Source: an uncultured Nitrososphaerales archaeon
GTDB taxonomy: Archaea; Thermoproteota; Nitrososphaeria; Nitrososphaerales; Nitrososphaeraceae
Reading direction: 5' to 3'
DNA length: 64,000 bases
Assembly (NCBI GenBank): GCA_963709405.1
Contig: CAVPXM010000030.1
Span: 193,785 to 257,784, forward strand
Shown here: positions 20,679 to 31,516 of the stretch, piece after piece
Layout: each line of letters opens with the position of its first letter
How positions within the stretch are numbered: the stretch's first letter is position 1
Position numbers and translations under genes: made by a program
Notes under the pieces: generated by a model
What the model saw: only the letters and a program-made list of their open reading frames with translations
Database searches by the model: none
Told to the model about the DNA's origin: nothing

Positions 20679-22487
20679 TTGGGAGATTTAAAATCATCTA
20701 CGCACAGGATAGCTGTCCTTGATCAAGAATTATGCCAGCCAAAGAAGTGTGGCCTAGAATGCATAATCTATTGTCCAGTGAACAAGACTGGGGGAGAATG
20801 TATAATACAGAACTCAGAAGATGGCAAGGCAGTTATTTCAGAAGAGTTGTGTACAGGTTGTGGTATTTGTATTAAAAAATGTCCGTTTGATGCGATAGTA
20901 ATTGTTAATCTTGCAAAGGAATTGGGCGAAGACAAGATCCATCAGTTTGGTATAAATACATTTAGGCTTTACCGTCTCCCTTCGTTAAGGAATGGTTCAG
21001 TCGTAGGTCTTCTAGGAAGGAACGGAATGGGAAAGACGACGATCGTAGATATTCTGGCTGGGAACACGAAACCAAATTTTGGACTATACGATGAGAATAT
21101 CAGCTGGGACGAAGTGATAAAAAAATTTCAAGGGACTGAATTGAAATCTCATTTCGAAAAAATTGCCAATGGCGAATTACTTGTCTCCATTAAACCACAG
21201 CATGTATATATGATTCCAAAGGCTTTCAAAGGAACAGCAAGAAATCTTCTACAAAGATATAATGAACGCAACGTCCTTGACAAACTAGTCTTTGATCTAG
21301 ATTTGAAATATGCCCTCGATCGAAACGTTGCTGATCTAAGCGGAGGAGAATTGCAGAGACTAGCCGTGGCAATAGCCGCTAGTAAGGAATCTGACTACTA
21401 CTTCTTTGATGAGCCCTCTTCTTACAATGATGTTTATCAGCGTCTTGCTGTGGCAAGAGTCATACGAGACCTTGCAAATTCAGGTAAGAGTGTTATGGTA
21501 GTCGAACATGATATTACATTGCTGGACTATCTTTCTGATTATATTCATATTCTTTATGGAGAGCCAGGTGCTTATGGCATCACTTCAGTGCTTCAAAGCA
21601 CAAAAATGGGTATTAATAACTTCCTAGATGGCTTCCTGCCAAGTGAAAATGTGAGGTTTAGACAAAAAGCATTCAGATTCGAAACAACGAGTACAACTGA
21701 TGATATGATGCTTGATCTACCTGTTGCACGCTATTCAAGCCTAACCAAAACCTTCCCTTCATTTAATTTGAAAATCTCTGACGGGCAAGTCAGAAAAGGT
21801 GAAGTTGTTGGAGTTGTAGGTGCTAACGCATTGGGTAAAACTACGTTCATGAGGATGTTAGCAGGAGTCGATAAACCCGACTCTGGTAGTTTGGAGATTA
21901 GTGCAAAGGTGTCTTATAAACCACAATATCTAAATCAAGAATATGATGGGTCAGTAAGATCGATACTTTCAGCAGCATATGATAATCTGATAGAGGGATC
22001 TCTTATTGAGGAACAAATTCTGAGTCCTTTGGGACTAAAGAAGCTGTATGAAAAGACTGTGAGGAACCTTAGCGGTGGAGAATTGCAGAAGGTGGCTGTT
22101 GCTTCTTGCCTTATAAGAAAAGCTGATATCTATGCTCTTGACGAACCTTCTGCATTCTTAGATGCTGAGGATAGAATTGCACTAGCAAAATTCATTCAGC
22201 GCTTCGTTAGAGCGAATGATAAGTCTGCAATAATAATCGATCATGATGTTCAACTAATCGATCTGATGGCAGATTCATTAATCATATTTGAAGGTATACC
22301 AGGACTCAGCGGTAATGCTAGTCAATCGTTATCTAAAGAAGTAGGAATGAACAGATTTCTCAGGAACTTGTCAATAACTTACCGAAGGGATGAAACCACA
22401 GGCAGGCCTAGGGTTAATAAAGACGAGAGTAGACTAGATAGATCTCAAAAGGAATCCGGCAATTATTATTATATAAAGAATAGATAG
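20679..22487 (+). CDS. ribosome recycling ATPase ABCE1/RLI
   Basis: N-terminal 2x[4Fe-4S] cysteine pattern and two ABC domains with LSGGELQ. Confidence 0.97.
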   Translation: MGDLKSSTHRIAVLDQELCQPKKCGLECIIYCPVNKTGGECIIQNSEDGKAVISEELCTGCGICIKKCPFDAIVIVNLAKELGEDKIHQFGINTFRLYRLPSLRNGSVVGLLGRNGMGKTTIVDILAGNTKPNFGLYDENISWDEVIKKFQGTELKSHFEKIANGELLVSIKPQHVYMIPKAFKGTARNLLQRYNERNVLDKLVFDLDLKYALDRNVADLSGGELQRLAVAIAASKESDYYFFDEPSSYNDVYQRLAVARVIRDLANSGKSVMVVEHDITLLDYLSDYIHILYGEPGAYGITSVLQSTKMGINNFLDGFLPSENVRFRQKAFRFETTSTTDDMMLDLPVARYSSLTKTFPSFNLKISDGQVRKGEVVGVVGANALGKTTFMRMLAGVDKPDSGSLEISAKVSYKPQYLNQEYDGSVRSILSAAYDNLIEGSLIEEQILSPLGLKKLYEKTVRNLSGGELQKVAVASCLIRKADIYALDEPSAFLDAEDRIALAKFIQRFVRANDKSAIIIDHDVQLIDLMADSLIIFEGIPGLSGNASQSLSKEVGMNRFLRNLSITYRRDETTGRPRVNKDESRLDRSQKESGNYYYIKNR

Positions 22488-22503
22488 GTATTACTATAGT
22501 ACG

Positions 22504-23349
22504 ATGGCTCGGATGCTAAAGACTGTCCTTAGCGAGACTCTATCAGCAGAGGAGACAGCTAATCTGTATTCTTCGTTTGATATAATTGGAAATGTTGTAA
22601 TCATAAAAATATCGGAAGCTCTAGCCACAAAAAAGAATTTGATCGGAGAGAGTATATTAGAAGAAATTAAATCTGTGAAATCTGTATTTGCACAGGTATC
22701 TTCTGTTAAAGGAGATTATCGACTACGAGATCTGGAGCATATTGCAGGAGAAAACAATACTTTAGTGGAGTATAGGGAGCACGGATGCAGATTCAGAGTC
22801 GATCTTATCAACACTTACTTTTCACCGAGGTTATCTACAGAAAGATTGAGAATCGCTAATCTGACGTCAGACAACGAGATCATCACGAACATGTTTGCAG
22901 GTGTGGGAACATTTTCCATTATTACAGCAAAAATGCATAGTCACTGCAAGGTCTTTAATATTGACATAAATCCGGTGGCTATAGAGCTGAGTATGTCTAA
23001 CTCCAAGTTGAATGGAGTAGAGTCGCAAGTAATCCCAATCTTGGGTGATGCAAAAGACGTTATAACAAGAGATATCCGATCTCAAGCAGATCGAGTATTA
23101 ATGCCACTTCCAGAGAAGGCAAATGAGTATGTAGACTGGGCTGTACGAGCTCTTAAAGACCGCGGAGGCATAATACATTATTTTGCGCATATCAAAGCGC
23201 TTGGAAAAAAATATGCCTTAGAGCAAAGTTTCCTAGACGCCAAGGCCGCATTTTCGAATTACGATATCGAAGTTCGATTTAGCAGAGTCGTTAGAGAGGT
23301 AGGACCCAGATTGTATCAAGTTGTCACAGATGTTTACGTTCGCAAATAG
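22504..23349 (+). CDS. Trm5/Taw2-family tRNA SAM-dependent transferase
   Basis: FDIIGN, YFSPRLSTERLR, NMFAGVGTF and RVLMPLP motifs. Confidence 0.88.
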   Translation: MARMLKTVLSETLSAEETANLYSSFDIIGNVVIIKISEALATKKNLIGESILEEIKSVKSVFAQVSSVKGDYRLRDLEHIAGENNTLVEYREHGCRFRVDLINTYFSPRLSTERLRIANLTSDNEIITNMFAGVGTFSIITAKMHSHCKVFNIDINPVAIELSMSNSKLNGVESQVIPILGDAKDVITRDIRSQADRVLMPLPEKANEYVDWAVRALKDRGGIIHYFAHIKALGKKYALEQSFLDAKAAFSNYDIEVRFSRVVREVGPRLYQVVTDVYVRK

Positions 23350-23352
23350 GAC

Positions 23353-23568
23353 TTATTCCTTGTCCGCTACGGAAGTGGTAGACATTGTATATCCTATCCA
23401 TGCCATAACAGATACAACTGCGCCAACTGCAACAATAATACTAATCTTTAGGACTAAGATATCCCATTTACTAGCCAGTATTAGATATAGGTATATGACG
23501 AAGCCTATGATTGACATTGCTAGGATCATAATCCCAGTAATTCTAGAACGCGTAGGGCTCGGTTTCAT
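23353..23568 (-). CDS. small two-TM membrane protein
   Basis: two hydrophobic helices and AWIGYTM; co-oriented with the acetyltransferase. Confidence 0.75.
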   Translation of the reverse strand: MKPSPTRSRITGIMILAMSIIGFVIYLYLILASKWDILVLKISIIVAVGAVVSVMAWIGYTMSTTSVADKE

Positions 23569-23598
23569 TAGATAATGGATAGGGTTTCTATCTTAACC

Positions 23599-24120
23599 TC
23601 AATTAAATTCCAGGGCCATCAGAAAGGCGTCTTCTCCATCTCTATAGTACGAGCGTAATTTGGATTTTATTTGAAAGCCAAGATTTTCATACATTATTAT
23701 AGCTGGTTTGTTACTGAGACGCACCTCTAGATAAATCTCATCGCATCGCCGATTAATGATTCCATTAATACCTTCAACCATTAGTGCTTTACCAAGACCC
23801 TTCGTACGATGCTCCTCCAACACCGCAACTGAAACTACGTGGCCTTTCTTAACAAAGCCAAGTTTTCTGAAATTGGAAAATCCATACTCAATTTTACACA
23901 TGATATATCCGACAACCTTATTTTCTAATTCCGCAACAATGAACGATTCGGGTAGTTCTCTTAGTGTTGATTCAAAGAAATAATCAGAGTAGTGTTCAGG
24001 TAGAGTATCAATATTAACATTAACTACGGCTTCCAGATCCTTCATTTCGCAACGACGGATTAGATATTCTCGTACTCTCCTGAGGGTTGATTGCAAATTG
24101 ATGAACTTATGACAGAACAA
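23599..24120 (-). CDS. rimI: N-terminal acetyltransferase Ard1/RimI
   Basis: LPEHYS, GHVVSVAV, LEVRLSN and YYRDGEDA motifs. Confidence 0.92.
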   Translation of the reverse strand: MFCHKFINLQSTLRRVREYLIRRCEMKDLEAVVNVNIDTLPEHYSDYFFESTLRELPESFIVAELENKVVGYIMCKIEYGFSNFRKLGFVKKGHVVSVAVLEEHRTKGLGKALMVEGINGIINRRCDEIYLEVRLSNKPAIIMYENLGFQIKSKLRSYYRDGEDAFLMALEFN

Positions 24121-24172
24121 ATTATTTAACCTTACCAGGCATGGCTCTCAATAATTGCCCATCACTCTGAGG

Positions 24173-24886
24173 TTACAAATTCTTCGTAACGTCTTCCTTA
24201 CTTTTGAATCTAGACATAAGAAAGGGCTGATCCAATTTCAGTAGATTTGCTAAAATCAAACAAATAATTAATCCCCACACAAAGCCACCAATTATGTCCG
24301 AAAGGTAGTGCTCCATCATATATAATCTGGCAAAGGCGTTTATTATAGGGAATAGCCATATTAGTAAGCCTCCTATCATTGATCTCCTGGAAATTACAAA
24401 ACCCGCGATAAAAGCTAATGCCGTAGTCGATGCTACGTGGTTCGAGGGATAGCCAAAATCCCGTGCAGATGGCGCAAAGCTATCATCTTCTATCGAAAAA
24501 TGTTTGGGAATGTGCAATACCGGTTTGTATAAATGTGAGGGAGAGGACCTTCCAAAGAGCGTTTTCAAGTACATCGTTGAGATGGAAATAATTACAATTG
24601 CCATCAAAAAGACCAATCCTGCCTTACGTGTTCGTCTAATTATTGTCAGTACTATAGCTACTATAAGCAAAGAAAAAATGTCGCCCAAAGATGCAATGCC
24701 AATCATTAATTGATCAAACTGCTGGCTGCCCTCTAGCGATAGAAAAAATTTGGCGACATTGCTATCGATTGTTGACATGAGGCCTGTTTCTACTGCAATA
24801 CTAAATATAGTAAAAAAAATAATCAAAGATACAAATTGTGGAGAACGAAGACTAAATAGCCAAGGTGTCGATGTCATTTCTGGCAC
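24173..24886 (-). CDS. PAP2-family membrane phosphatase
   Basis: K..FGR, YPSNH and ARLYMMEHYLSD motifs; TM helices. Confidence 0.85.
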   Translation of the reverse strand: MPEMTSTPWLFSLRSPQFVSLIIFFTIFSIAVETGLMSTIDSNVAKFFLSLEGSQQFDQLMIGIASLGDIFSLLIVAIVLTIIRRTRKAGLVFLMAIVIISISTMYLKTLFGRSSPSHLYKPVLHIPKHFSIEDDSFAPSARDFGYPSNHVASTTALAFIAGFVISRRSMIGGLLIWLFPIINAFARLYMMEHYLSDIIGGFVWGLIICLILANLLKLDQPFLMSRFKSKEDVTKNL

Positions 24887-25254
24887 TGAAAATTCTATGA
24901 TTACAAATTCGTCTTATTTGCTTTATTTGTTTTGTTTATCGAACATGTCATGCAGGAGTAGCAATATGTTCGTTATTATTATTATATCTCGGTTGCTCCC
25001 ATATCTCTATCTAGGAATATGATAGGCTCTGAAGTTTGTACGATTATCTACAGATGTTATTAATCTCCGTATTTGAGATTCTGGGATTAGAATCAGGATG
25101 TGCTGTAAATTCTATCCTCCAATATGTGGTTGCTGTCATGGCCCGCATAACTCCGTAACCCGACGTCCTTGGTTCTGAGCCATGGTTATTCGCAAACCTT
25201 CATCTCGCATTATAAACCTCTTTTGAAGGTTATTCAATCTTCAAATGCGATTTT

Positions 25255-25683
25255 TTAATAGAGTTTTGATTCATCTTGAATTTTTTTTGCGGATCCGGGA
25301 TCTTTATCTGCATAATACTTTACCATACCTAACTTTAGGACTTTGAGTGAAAGCAGTGCACATTTTATTCGTGCGGGGCCTAAATTCATTAGTCCAATAT
25401 TCTCCAATACATCCTCCTTTGCAATGTCCTTTACGGCACTCAGTGGCTTGTTGAGAACTTGTTCAGTTAACATAGAGGCGCTTGCTTGACTTATTGCACA
25501 CCCCCTGCCTTCAAATTTGATGTCTTTTATTATATCTTCCTCTACTTTGAGATGAATGTCAATTTCATCTCCGCATAGTGGGTTGCTATCATGTATGCTT
25601 ATATCAGCATTAGGCAGATTGCCCTTATTTCTTGGATTTCTGTAATGGTCGAGTATGATCTCTCGATAAATGTCTTCACTCAG
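25255..25683 (-). CDS. sufU: SufU/IscU scaffold protein, apparent CTG start
   Basis: the frame extends above the listed ORF as SEDIYREIILDHYRNPRNKG..NPLCGDEI..GRGCAISQASAS..ARIKCALL; an in-frame TAG lies 6 codons above the CTG. Confidence 0.92.
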   Translation of the reverse strand: MSEDIYREIILDHYRNPRNKGNLPNADISIHDSNPLCGDEIDIHLKVEEDIIKDIKFEGRGCAISQASASMLTEQVLNKPLSAVKDIAKEDVLENIGLMNLGPARIKCALLSLKVLKLGMVKYYADKDPGSAKKIQDESKLY

Positions 25684-26936
25684 ATCCCGAATAACCTCCT
25701 AGCATCGTTAAGCGCATTTATGAATATATCTATCTCTTCTCGTGTGTTATAAATATAAAAGCTTGCTCTGGATGTTGCCGAAACGTCAAATTTCTCCATC
25801 AAAACTTGAGCGCAATGATGACCAGATCTAATAGCAATACCGTGGTCGTTTAAAATCGTAGCGAGGTCGTGCGGATGAATGTCACCCAAGTTAAATGAAA
25901 TGACTCCTCCTTTATTTTTGGTATCCAGCGGACCATATAGAGTCATTCCCTTGATATCCTTCATGGCTTCTATTGCATATTTAGTTAATTCAATCTCATG
26001 ATCTCTAATCTTATCCATTCCAAGTTGATTCAAATAATCTATAGCGGCTCCAAAACCAATCACATCCGCAATATTCGGTGTGCCTGCCTCGAATTTATAC
26101 GGAAGATCATTATATACTGTCTCGTACTTGTGGACTTCCTTGATCATGTCTCCTCCGCTTATAAAGGGCGGCAACTTTTCCAATATATTCTTCTTGGCAT
26201 ACAAAACACCTACTCCGGTAGGCCCTAACATTTTATGAGCAGAGAATACCATAAAATCACAATCTGTAGCTTGCACATCTACAGGCATATGGGGTACTGA
26301 TTGTGCTGCATCAATCAATACCGGTACATCTCGTTCATGAGCCATCTTGATGATCTTTCTAATAGGCAGTATTGTACCCAGCACATTTGACATCTCGCTA
26401 ATGGAAATCAACCTCGTATTCTTTGCCTGGAGAATTTTCTCGCAACCATCCATATCCAAACAGCCCCGATGGTCGACTTCGATATAGTTCAAAGATGCTC
26501 TCTTTTGTTTACAAAGTATCTGCCATGGGACAATATTGCTATGGTGTTCTAGTTCGGTTATAACGATCTTGTCATCTTTGTGGACATTTTCAGAACCCCA
26601 AGCATGAGACACTAGGTTTATTGCTTCGGTGGCGTTTCGAGTGAATATTATCTCGTCAGTAGAAGAAGAATTGATAAATTTTGCAACTTTGTCTCGCGTA
26701 GCTTCGTAGGCATGTGTTGCCTCTTCTGCCATCTGATGGACTGCCCTATGAATATTAGAGTTATAATTCATATAGTAATCTCCGATTGCCTCAATCACAG
26801 ACAAGGGTTTTTGTGTTGTAGCTGCATTATCAAAGTACACCAGGGGCTTACCTCTAATCTTCCGACTAAGTATCGGGAAATCCTTTCTAATCCTGTGAAC
26901 ACTAAGTGCCCCCTTTTGCATCAATCCATAATTCAC
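25680..26936 (-). CDS. sufS: cysteine desulfurase
   Basis: YFDNAATTQKP, FSAHKMLGP, EAGTP and RSGHHCA motifs. Confidence 0.97.
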   Translation of the reverse strand: MNYGLMQKGALSVHRIRKDFPILSRKIRGKPLVYFDNAATTQKPLSVIEAIGDYYMNYNSNIHRAVHQMAEEATHAYEATRDKVAKFINSSSTDEIIFTRNATEAINLVSHAWGSENVHKDDKIVITELEHHSNIVPWQILCKQKRASLNYIEVDHRGCLDMDGCEKILQAKNTRLISISEMSNVLGTILPIRKIIKMAHERDVPVLIDAAQSVPHMPVDVQATDCDFMVFSAHKMLGPTGVGVLYAKKNILEKLPPFISGGDMIKEVHKYETVYNDLPYKFEAGTPNIADVIGFGAAIDYLNQLGMDKIRDHEIELTKYAIEAMKDIKGMTLYGPLDTKNKGGVISFNLGDIHPHDLATILNDHGIAIRSGHHCAQVLMEKFDVSATSRASFYIYNTREEIDIFINALNDARRLFGI

Positions 26937-27055
26937 TGGTAAGTAGACAGAATCGATATGAGCACTGTGATATTTAAATTAGATTTCAGGGAATACTCAA
27001 TTATCAAAAGAAGTCGTCAATGCAATATGTTACCCAAAAATTCGAGATTCCATTT

Positions 27056-28036
27056 TCACTTATAAAGCCAACACCGGACGAATCCATTTTCGAGTTCGAT
27101 CTGAGGAGGATCTTTTCTACACAACTCTTTGGCGTGTGGACAGCGCGAAAAATATTTACATCCAACAGGAAGCTCGAGCATGTTTGGAGAACTTCCGGCA
27201 ATAAACTGTAAGTCTTTATGGACAGAATGGAGTCTAGGAATGGAACCGATTAAGGCTTGAGTATATGGATGTTTGGGACTAACATAAAGGTCCTTTGAAC
27301 TGCCAAATTCTACCAGTTGGCCAGCATACATTACCCCTATCTTGTCAGCAAACTCTAAAATCAAATTTAGATCGTGAGTTATAAGTATGACTGTCAAGCC
27401 TCTCTTCTTCCTTAATGTTTTGAGCAAATCCATAATCTGTGCTTGAACCAAAACGTCTAGAGCAGTCGTGGGCTCGTCTGCAATCACTATATCTGGATCA
27501 AGTAGCAATGCCATCGCTATCACAACCCGTTGTTTCATGCCGCCACTCAATTCATGGGGATATCTAGACGCGATAGACGGATCGAGACCTACTTGCTTCA
27601 ATGAATTATAGATTAGTGGCTCCTGATCAATATCGATTCTGTGCTCCCTGAGGATTTCGCTCATTTGGCTTCCGATCGTATAAACAGGATCTAAAGTGTT
27701 CATCGCACCTTGAAAGACCATGGCAATTTTTTTCCAGCGTACTTTTTTGTCAAAGTCAGCGTCTGTCATTTTAGAAATATTCTGTCCACGGAGTAGAATA
27801 TTACCACCAACGATCTTGCCTGGCGGCTGCAATGATCTCAAGAGGGCTAAACCAAGGGTGCTTTTGCCAGATGCTGTTTCGCCAGCTATACCAATTGACT
27901 CATTTTCTCTGATCTCAAAGCTCACTTTATCTACCGCTTTAATAATACCTTCTCTTGTGACATAATGCGCTTCAAGTGAATCAACTACCAGCTTTCTTGT
28001 CTCAGACATTATTAGTGTTAAAAGAAAATTCACCAA
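27056..28036 (-). CDS. oligopeptide/dipeptide ABC transporter ATP-binding subunit
   Basis: GETASGKST, YPHELSGGMKQR, DEPTTALD and HPYT motifs; C-terminal Cys cluster. Confidence 0.93.
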   Translation of the reverse strand: MVNFLLTLIMSETRKLVVDSLEAHYVTREGIIKAVDKVSFEIRENESIGIAGETASGKSTLGLALLRSLQPPGKIVGGNILLRGQNISKMTDADFDKKVRWKKIAMVFQGAMNTLDPVYTIGSQMSEILREHRIDIDQEPLIYNSLKQVGLDPSIASRYPHELSGGMKQRVVIAMALLLDPDIVIADEPTTALDVLVQAQIMDLLKTLRKKRGLTVILITHDLNLILEFADKIGVMYAGQLVEFGSSKDLYVSPKHPYTQALIGSIPRLHSVHKDLQFIAGSSPNMLELPVGCKYFSRCPHAKELCRKDPPQIELENGFVRCWLYK

Positions 28037-28244
28037 TCACCGATAATAAATGATCTGCGTCTATGGAGCAAAAAATATTTGCAACTTATAAAGGATGGAA
28101 ATAGATAATTCATAAAAGCTTTAACTAGTTCCAAATTGGGTTTCGTAGCCACAGCTTGCTTATTGGCTTTACCTGTCGAGAGAAGAAAAATTACATAAGA
28201 GGTTATATAACAGAAAATTCTCAGATATCATAATTCTATGATGA

Positions 28245-28772
28245 GTGATTGCTTTGAAAACGCCTATATGTTCTTTTGATGCCAAAACCGGGGTCCTCTG
28301 TGCTAAATGCGAGTCAAAGGTCAACTCTGGGCTCCTAAAATCCTCTGACGTGGAGGCGGCCATGAAGCTAGCCAAGCTTGCCGAACACGATCCCAATATA
28401 AATCGATTCACTTTAATTGGTGCGAACAAGGTTGATGACGTTTTTGTATTGATTTTGAAAAGTTCAGATATTATGTTGATCAGAGGAAATTCCGATGTAG
28501 AGAAGAAAATCAAAAAAGAATTCCAGTCTAGAGTATGGTTTGTCGAAGGGGATTCCACAGATAGAAAGTTTATCGAGAATCTTTTCTTCCCAACAAGAGT
28601 TCTAAATATAAATCTGATCTGGCTACCCGGTGGCAATAAAGTTACGAAGGTCATAGTTGAACCTAACGACGATTTAAGATCTCAGCTAGATTCGAAGATG
28701 ATCCAGAAGATTGCCGAGAAAGTGAAGAATATGGAGTTGGTAATTGAACTTAAACATGCAAAGAACAACTGA
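28245..28772 (+). CDS. NusA-like KH-domain protein
   Basis: PICSFDAKTGVLCAKC N-terminus and NLIWLPGG. Confidence 0.75.
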   Translation: MIALKTPICSFDAKTGVLCAKCESKVNSGLLKSSDVEAAMKLAKLAEHDPNINRFTLIGANKVDDVFVLILKSSDIMLIRGNSDVEKKIKKEFQSRVWFVEGDSTDRKFIENLFFPTRVLNINLIWLPGGNKVTKVIVEPNDDLRSQLDSKMIQKIAEKVKNMELVIELKHAKNN

Positions 28773-28784
28773 GACTGAAAAGCT

Positions 28785-30092
28785 ATGACCAGTAATGATA
28801 CTATTCATAGATCACACTTCGCAAACCAAATTGACAAAACCCGGCTGGGGGAAAGAGTGCATATTGCTGGCTGGGTAGACGATATTCGTGATATGGGAAA
28901 GCTGGCCTTTTTACTCATTCGAGACGTAACTGGAATAGTACAAACGGTAGTTACTGGTGATCACCTCCTGGTCCTAAAGGATCTAACAAGGCACAGCATA
29001 GTCATTGTCTCCGGCGTTATTCAGACTGGAAAAGCAAAGGATTTTGACGTAGAGGTTAAAGTAGACCGTGTTGATATCCTTTCCAAGGCAGTTCACCCTC
29101 TTCCTTTAGATCCAACTGGAAGGATTGACTCTGCATTAGATACGCGTTTAGATTCAAGGGCACTAGATCTGAGGAACCCTAAGGTTTCAGAAATCTTTCG
29201 TTTGAGATCTTATGTAACTCGGGTGATTAGATCCATATTGCAATCTAATCGATTTGTTGAAGTATCTACTCCAAAAATCATTGGCACCGCTAGCGAAGGT
29301 GGAGCGAATTTGTTTTCGGTAAAATACTTTGATACGGTAGCTTATCTGGCCCAGAGCCCGCAACTCTATAAAGAGCAACTAATTTTGTCGTTGGATAGGG
29401 TATTTGAAATTGGTCCCTATTTTAGAGCTGAGAAGTCACACACGGTAAGACATCTCAGCGAATTCGTCAGCGTTGATATTGAGGCGGCATTCCTTGATGC
29501 TACTGACGTGATGGACATAGCAGAGCAGCTAATTGTAAATGTTTTGAAAGAGGTCCAACAGACCATTGAAGAGGGTAGATCAACAAATTTAGACAAAGAC
29601 ATGATTCGTAGTCTGACCCAATCCAAAATTGAGCGAATATCATACAAATATTGTATAGATGAATTGAATGATGAAGGGGAACAAATCGAGTTTGGCGATG
29701 ACTTGTCTGACGCGGCATTACGAAAACTCGGTCAATTTCATAAGGGGTTTTACTTCATAACTGATTGGCCTTTAAAACTGAAACCATTTTACATCCACGA
29801 GAAGGAGAACGATCCGTTTCTTTCAGAATCTTTTGACTTGCAATTCGGATACCTTGAATTGGTATCTGGAGGAAGGAGACAACATGATTATGATAAACTA
29901 CGTCGAAGAATTATAGATCAGGGATTAGATCCTGCCAGGTTTGCTGATCATCTGAAGGCGTTTGAGTGGGGGATGCCCCCGCATTCAGGTTGGGGTCTTG
30001 GGCTCGACAGGTTGATGATGATATTAGCAAATGCACAAAATGTTAGAGAAGTAGTGTTGTTTCCCCGAGATACTCAACGTCTGCGTCCTTAA
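28785..30092 (+). CDS. aspS: aspartyl-tRNA synthetase (archaeal, probably non-discriminating)
   Basis: OB domain, EGGA, LAQSPQLYK, FRAE and GMPPHSGWGLGLDR motifs. Confidence 0.96.
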   Translation: MTSNDTIHRSHFANQIDKTRLGERVHIAGWVDDIRDMGKLAFLLIRDVTGIVQTVVTGDHLLVLKDLTRHSIVIVSGVIQTGKAKDFDVEVKVDRVDILSKAVHPLPLDPTGRIDSALDTRLDSRALDLRNPKVSEIFRLRSYVTRVIRSILQSNRFVEVSTPKIIGTASEGGANLFSVKYFDTVAYLAQSPQLYKEQLILSLDRVFEIGPYFRAEKSHTVRHLSEFVSVDIEAAFLDATDVMDIAEQLIVNVLKEVQQTIEEGRSTNLDKDMIRSLTQSKIERISYKYCIDELNDEGEQIEFGDDLSDAALRKLGQFHKGFYFITDWPLKLKPFYIHEKENDPFLSESFDLQFGYLELVSGGRRQHDYDKLRRRIIDQGLDPARFADHLKAFEWGMPPHSGWGLGLDRLMMILANAQNVREVVLFPRDTQRLRP

Positions 30093-30505
30093 ACTGGTTC
30101 TATATCAACATCTTCTAATTCACCTTCGAGGATAAACGCCCTAAATTCACGTGTTGTACTAGAATAAATTAGCCATACCATGGGATTAATTCTCATGAAT
30201 TCCTTGTCGGTCGAAGATGGGCTGGGTCTCGAAGGATGTGAATGGAATATGCCAACTATTTGCAGTCCTCTAGCTTCGGTTTTCTCGTATATCTCAATTA
30301 GCTCCATTTGATCTATACTGAAGCTTATAATAGACTGATCAGCATTTCTAGCTGTGACAATATCGAAAACCCGTACCTCTTTCCCTTTTTCAAAGTCTTT
30401 GACTTGACCAGCCAACATAGCACAGGATTCATTTGGGAGACAAGATGTCGCAATATTTGCTAAATTATTGAGATGGGTCTGGCTTATTCTCAGGCTTGTT
30501 TTCAC
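30089..30505 (-). CDS. JAMM/MPN+ metalloprotease (M67)
   Basis: PNESCA and FHSHPSRPSPSSTD JAMM motif. Confidence 0.92.
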   Translation of the reverse strand: MKTSLRISQTHLNNLANIATSCLPNESCAMLAGQVKDFEKGKEVRVFDIVTARNADQSIISFSIDQMELIEIYEKTEARGLQIVGIFHSHPSRPSPSSTDKEFMRINPMVWLIYSSTTREFRAFILEGELEDVDIEPV

Positions 30506-30610
30506 TCAGCTTACTCTTATTGTATCAACCACTGACCCTCTAAAATAGATTGCAAATAAATAGTCAATACTCAAAGAGATATTCTAGAATCTCAGCGATG
30601 ATCTCGGCGT

Positions 30611-31466
30611 TCAGGCTTTAACCGTAAAACTTGCTTTCATGAATGGATGAATAGTACAGAAATAATCATATCCGCTAGGTGCCAGCTTCGAAACGTCCAA
30701 AGTGAACGTTTTCTTTGGCATCATGATGGAAGAGTCAAATGTTTTTCCTTGATCCTTAAAGCTCGTGACCGTGTGAGGAACATTGTCATTGTTCGTCCAA
30801 ATTATGCCGGCGTTTTTGGTTACAAGAATGGCCTTGGGATCAAAATTTGGATTTCCCTTTGCCGATGCTCCAGGCAATATCGAAATCTTTGATATCAAAG
30901 TACCTTTCTTTAAGACCACAGCCTCGGGTGCACCTGAACCAGCTTGCGCACTATTTGTAGCATTCTGACTCTGAGCCGAAGGAGGTTTCGGGGTTACTAG
31001 CCCAAAGGCATAAAAGGTTATACCTCCGACTAATGAGGCTGAAATGAACATCACGGTCAAAGCTTTTATGTATGGTGTTCTCTTGGCCGACGCCACTGCT
31101 ATTACTGCAGCCGGAATTCCTATTATCATCATTAATCCAATATAGGCAAATATACTTGGAACTTGTGCACTGACGGTTACTGCGGTCTGCCACACCAAAC
31201 GTAACCAAAAATCCCAATGTAATTAGAGTAGCAGATTTAGCTTTGCCTGAAGACGGAAATCCATCCTTGAAAAGACCGGACGCAAGAAAGATCATTCCAA
31301 TTAGCATTGTCAAGAGGGAAACGGCGTGCATTCCTTCCACGAATGTCTTCGCTATCCCAGCGAGCGAAATTCCTACCCCCACTATCCCAATTGATGTCAA
31401 ACCGATACCGGGAGTAAGAAGATCCCAATCAGTCATACTACTATACTCAGGTGGGAGAGGCTTCAC
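30611..31466 (-). CDS. multi-TM membrane protein with C-terminal cupredoxin (type 1 Cu) domain, +1 frameshift at about 31186
   Basis: TM helices in both ORFs; WTNND..PHTVT and YFCTIHPFM copper ligands; repair gives FGVAAAVTVSAQ. Confidence 0.87.
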
Positions 31467-31516
31467 ATAATTAATCTTTTCCCGAAATGCTAAATAAATG
31501 ATGTTACAGGGTTCTA

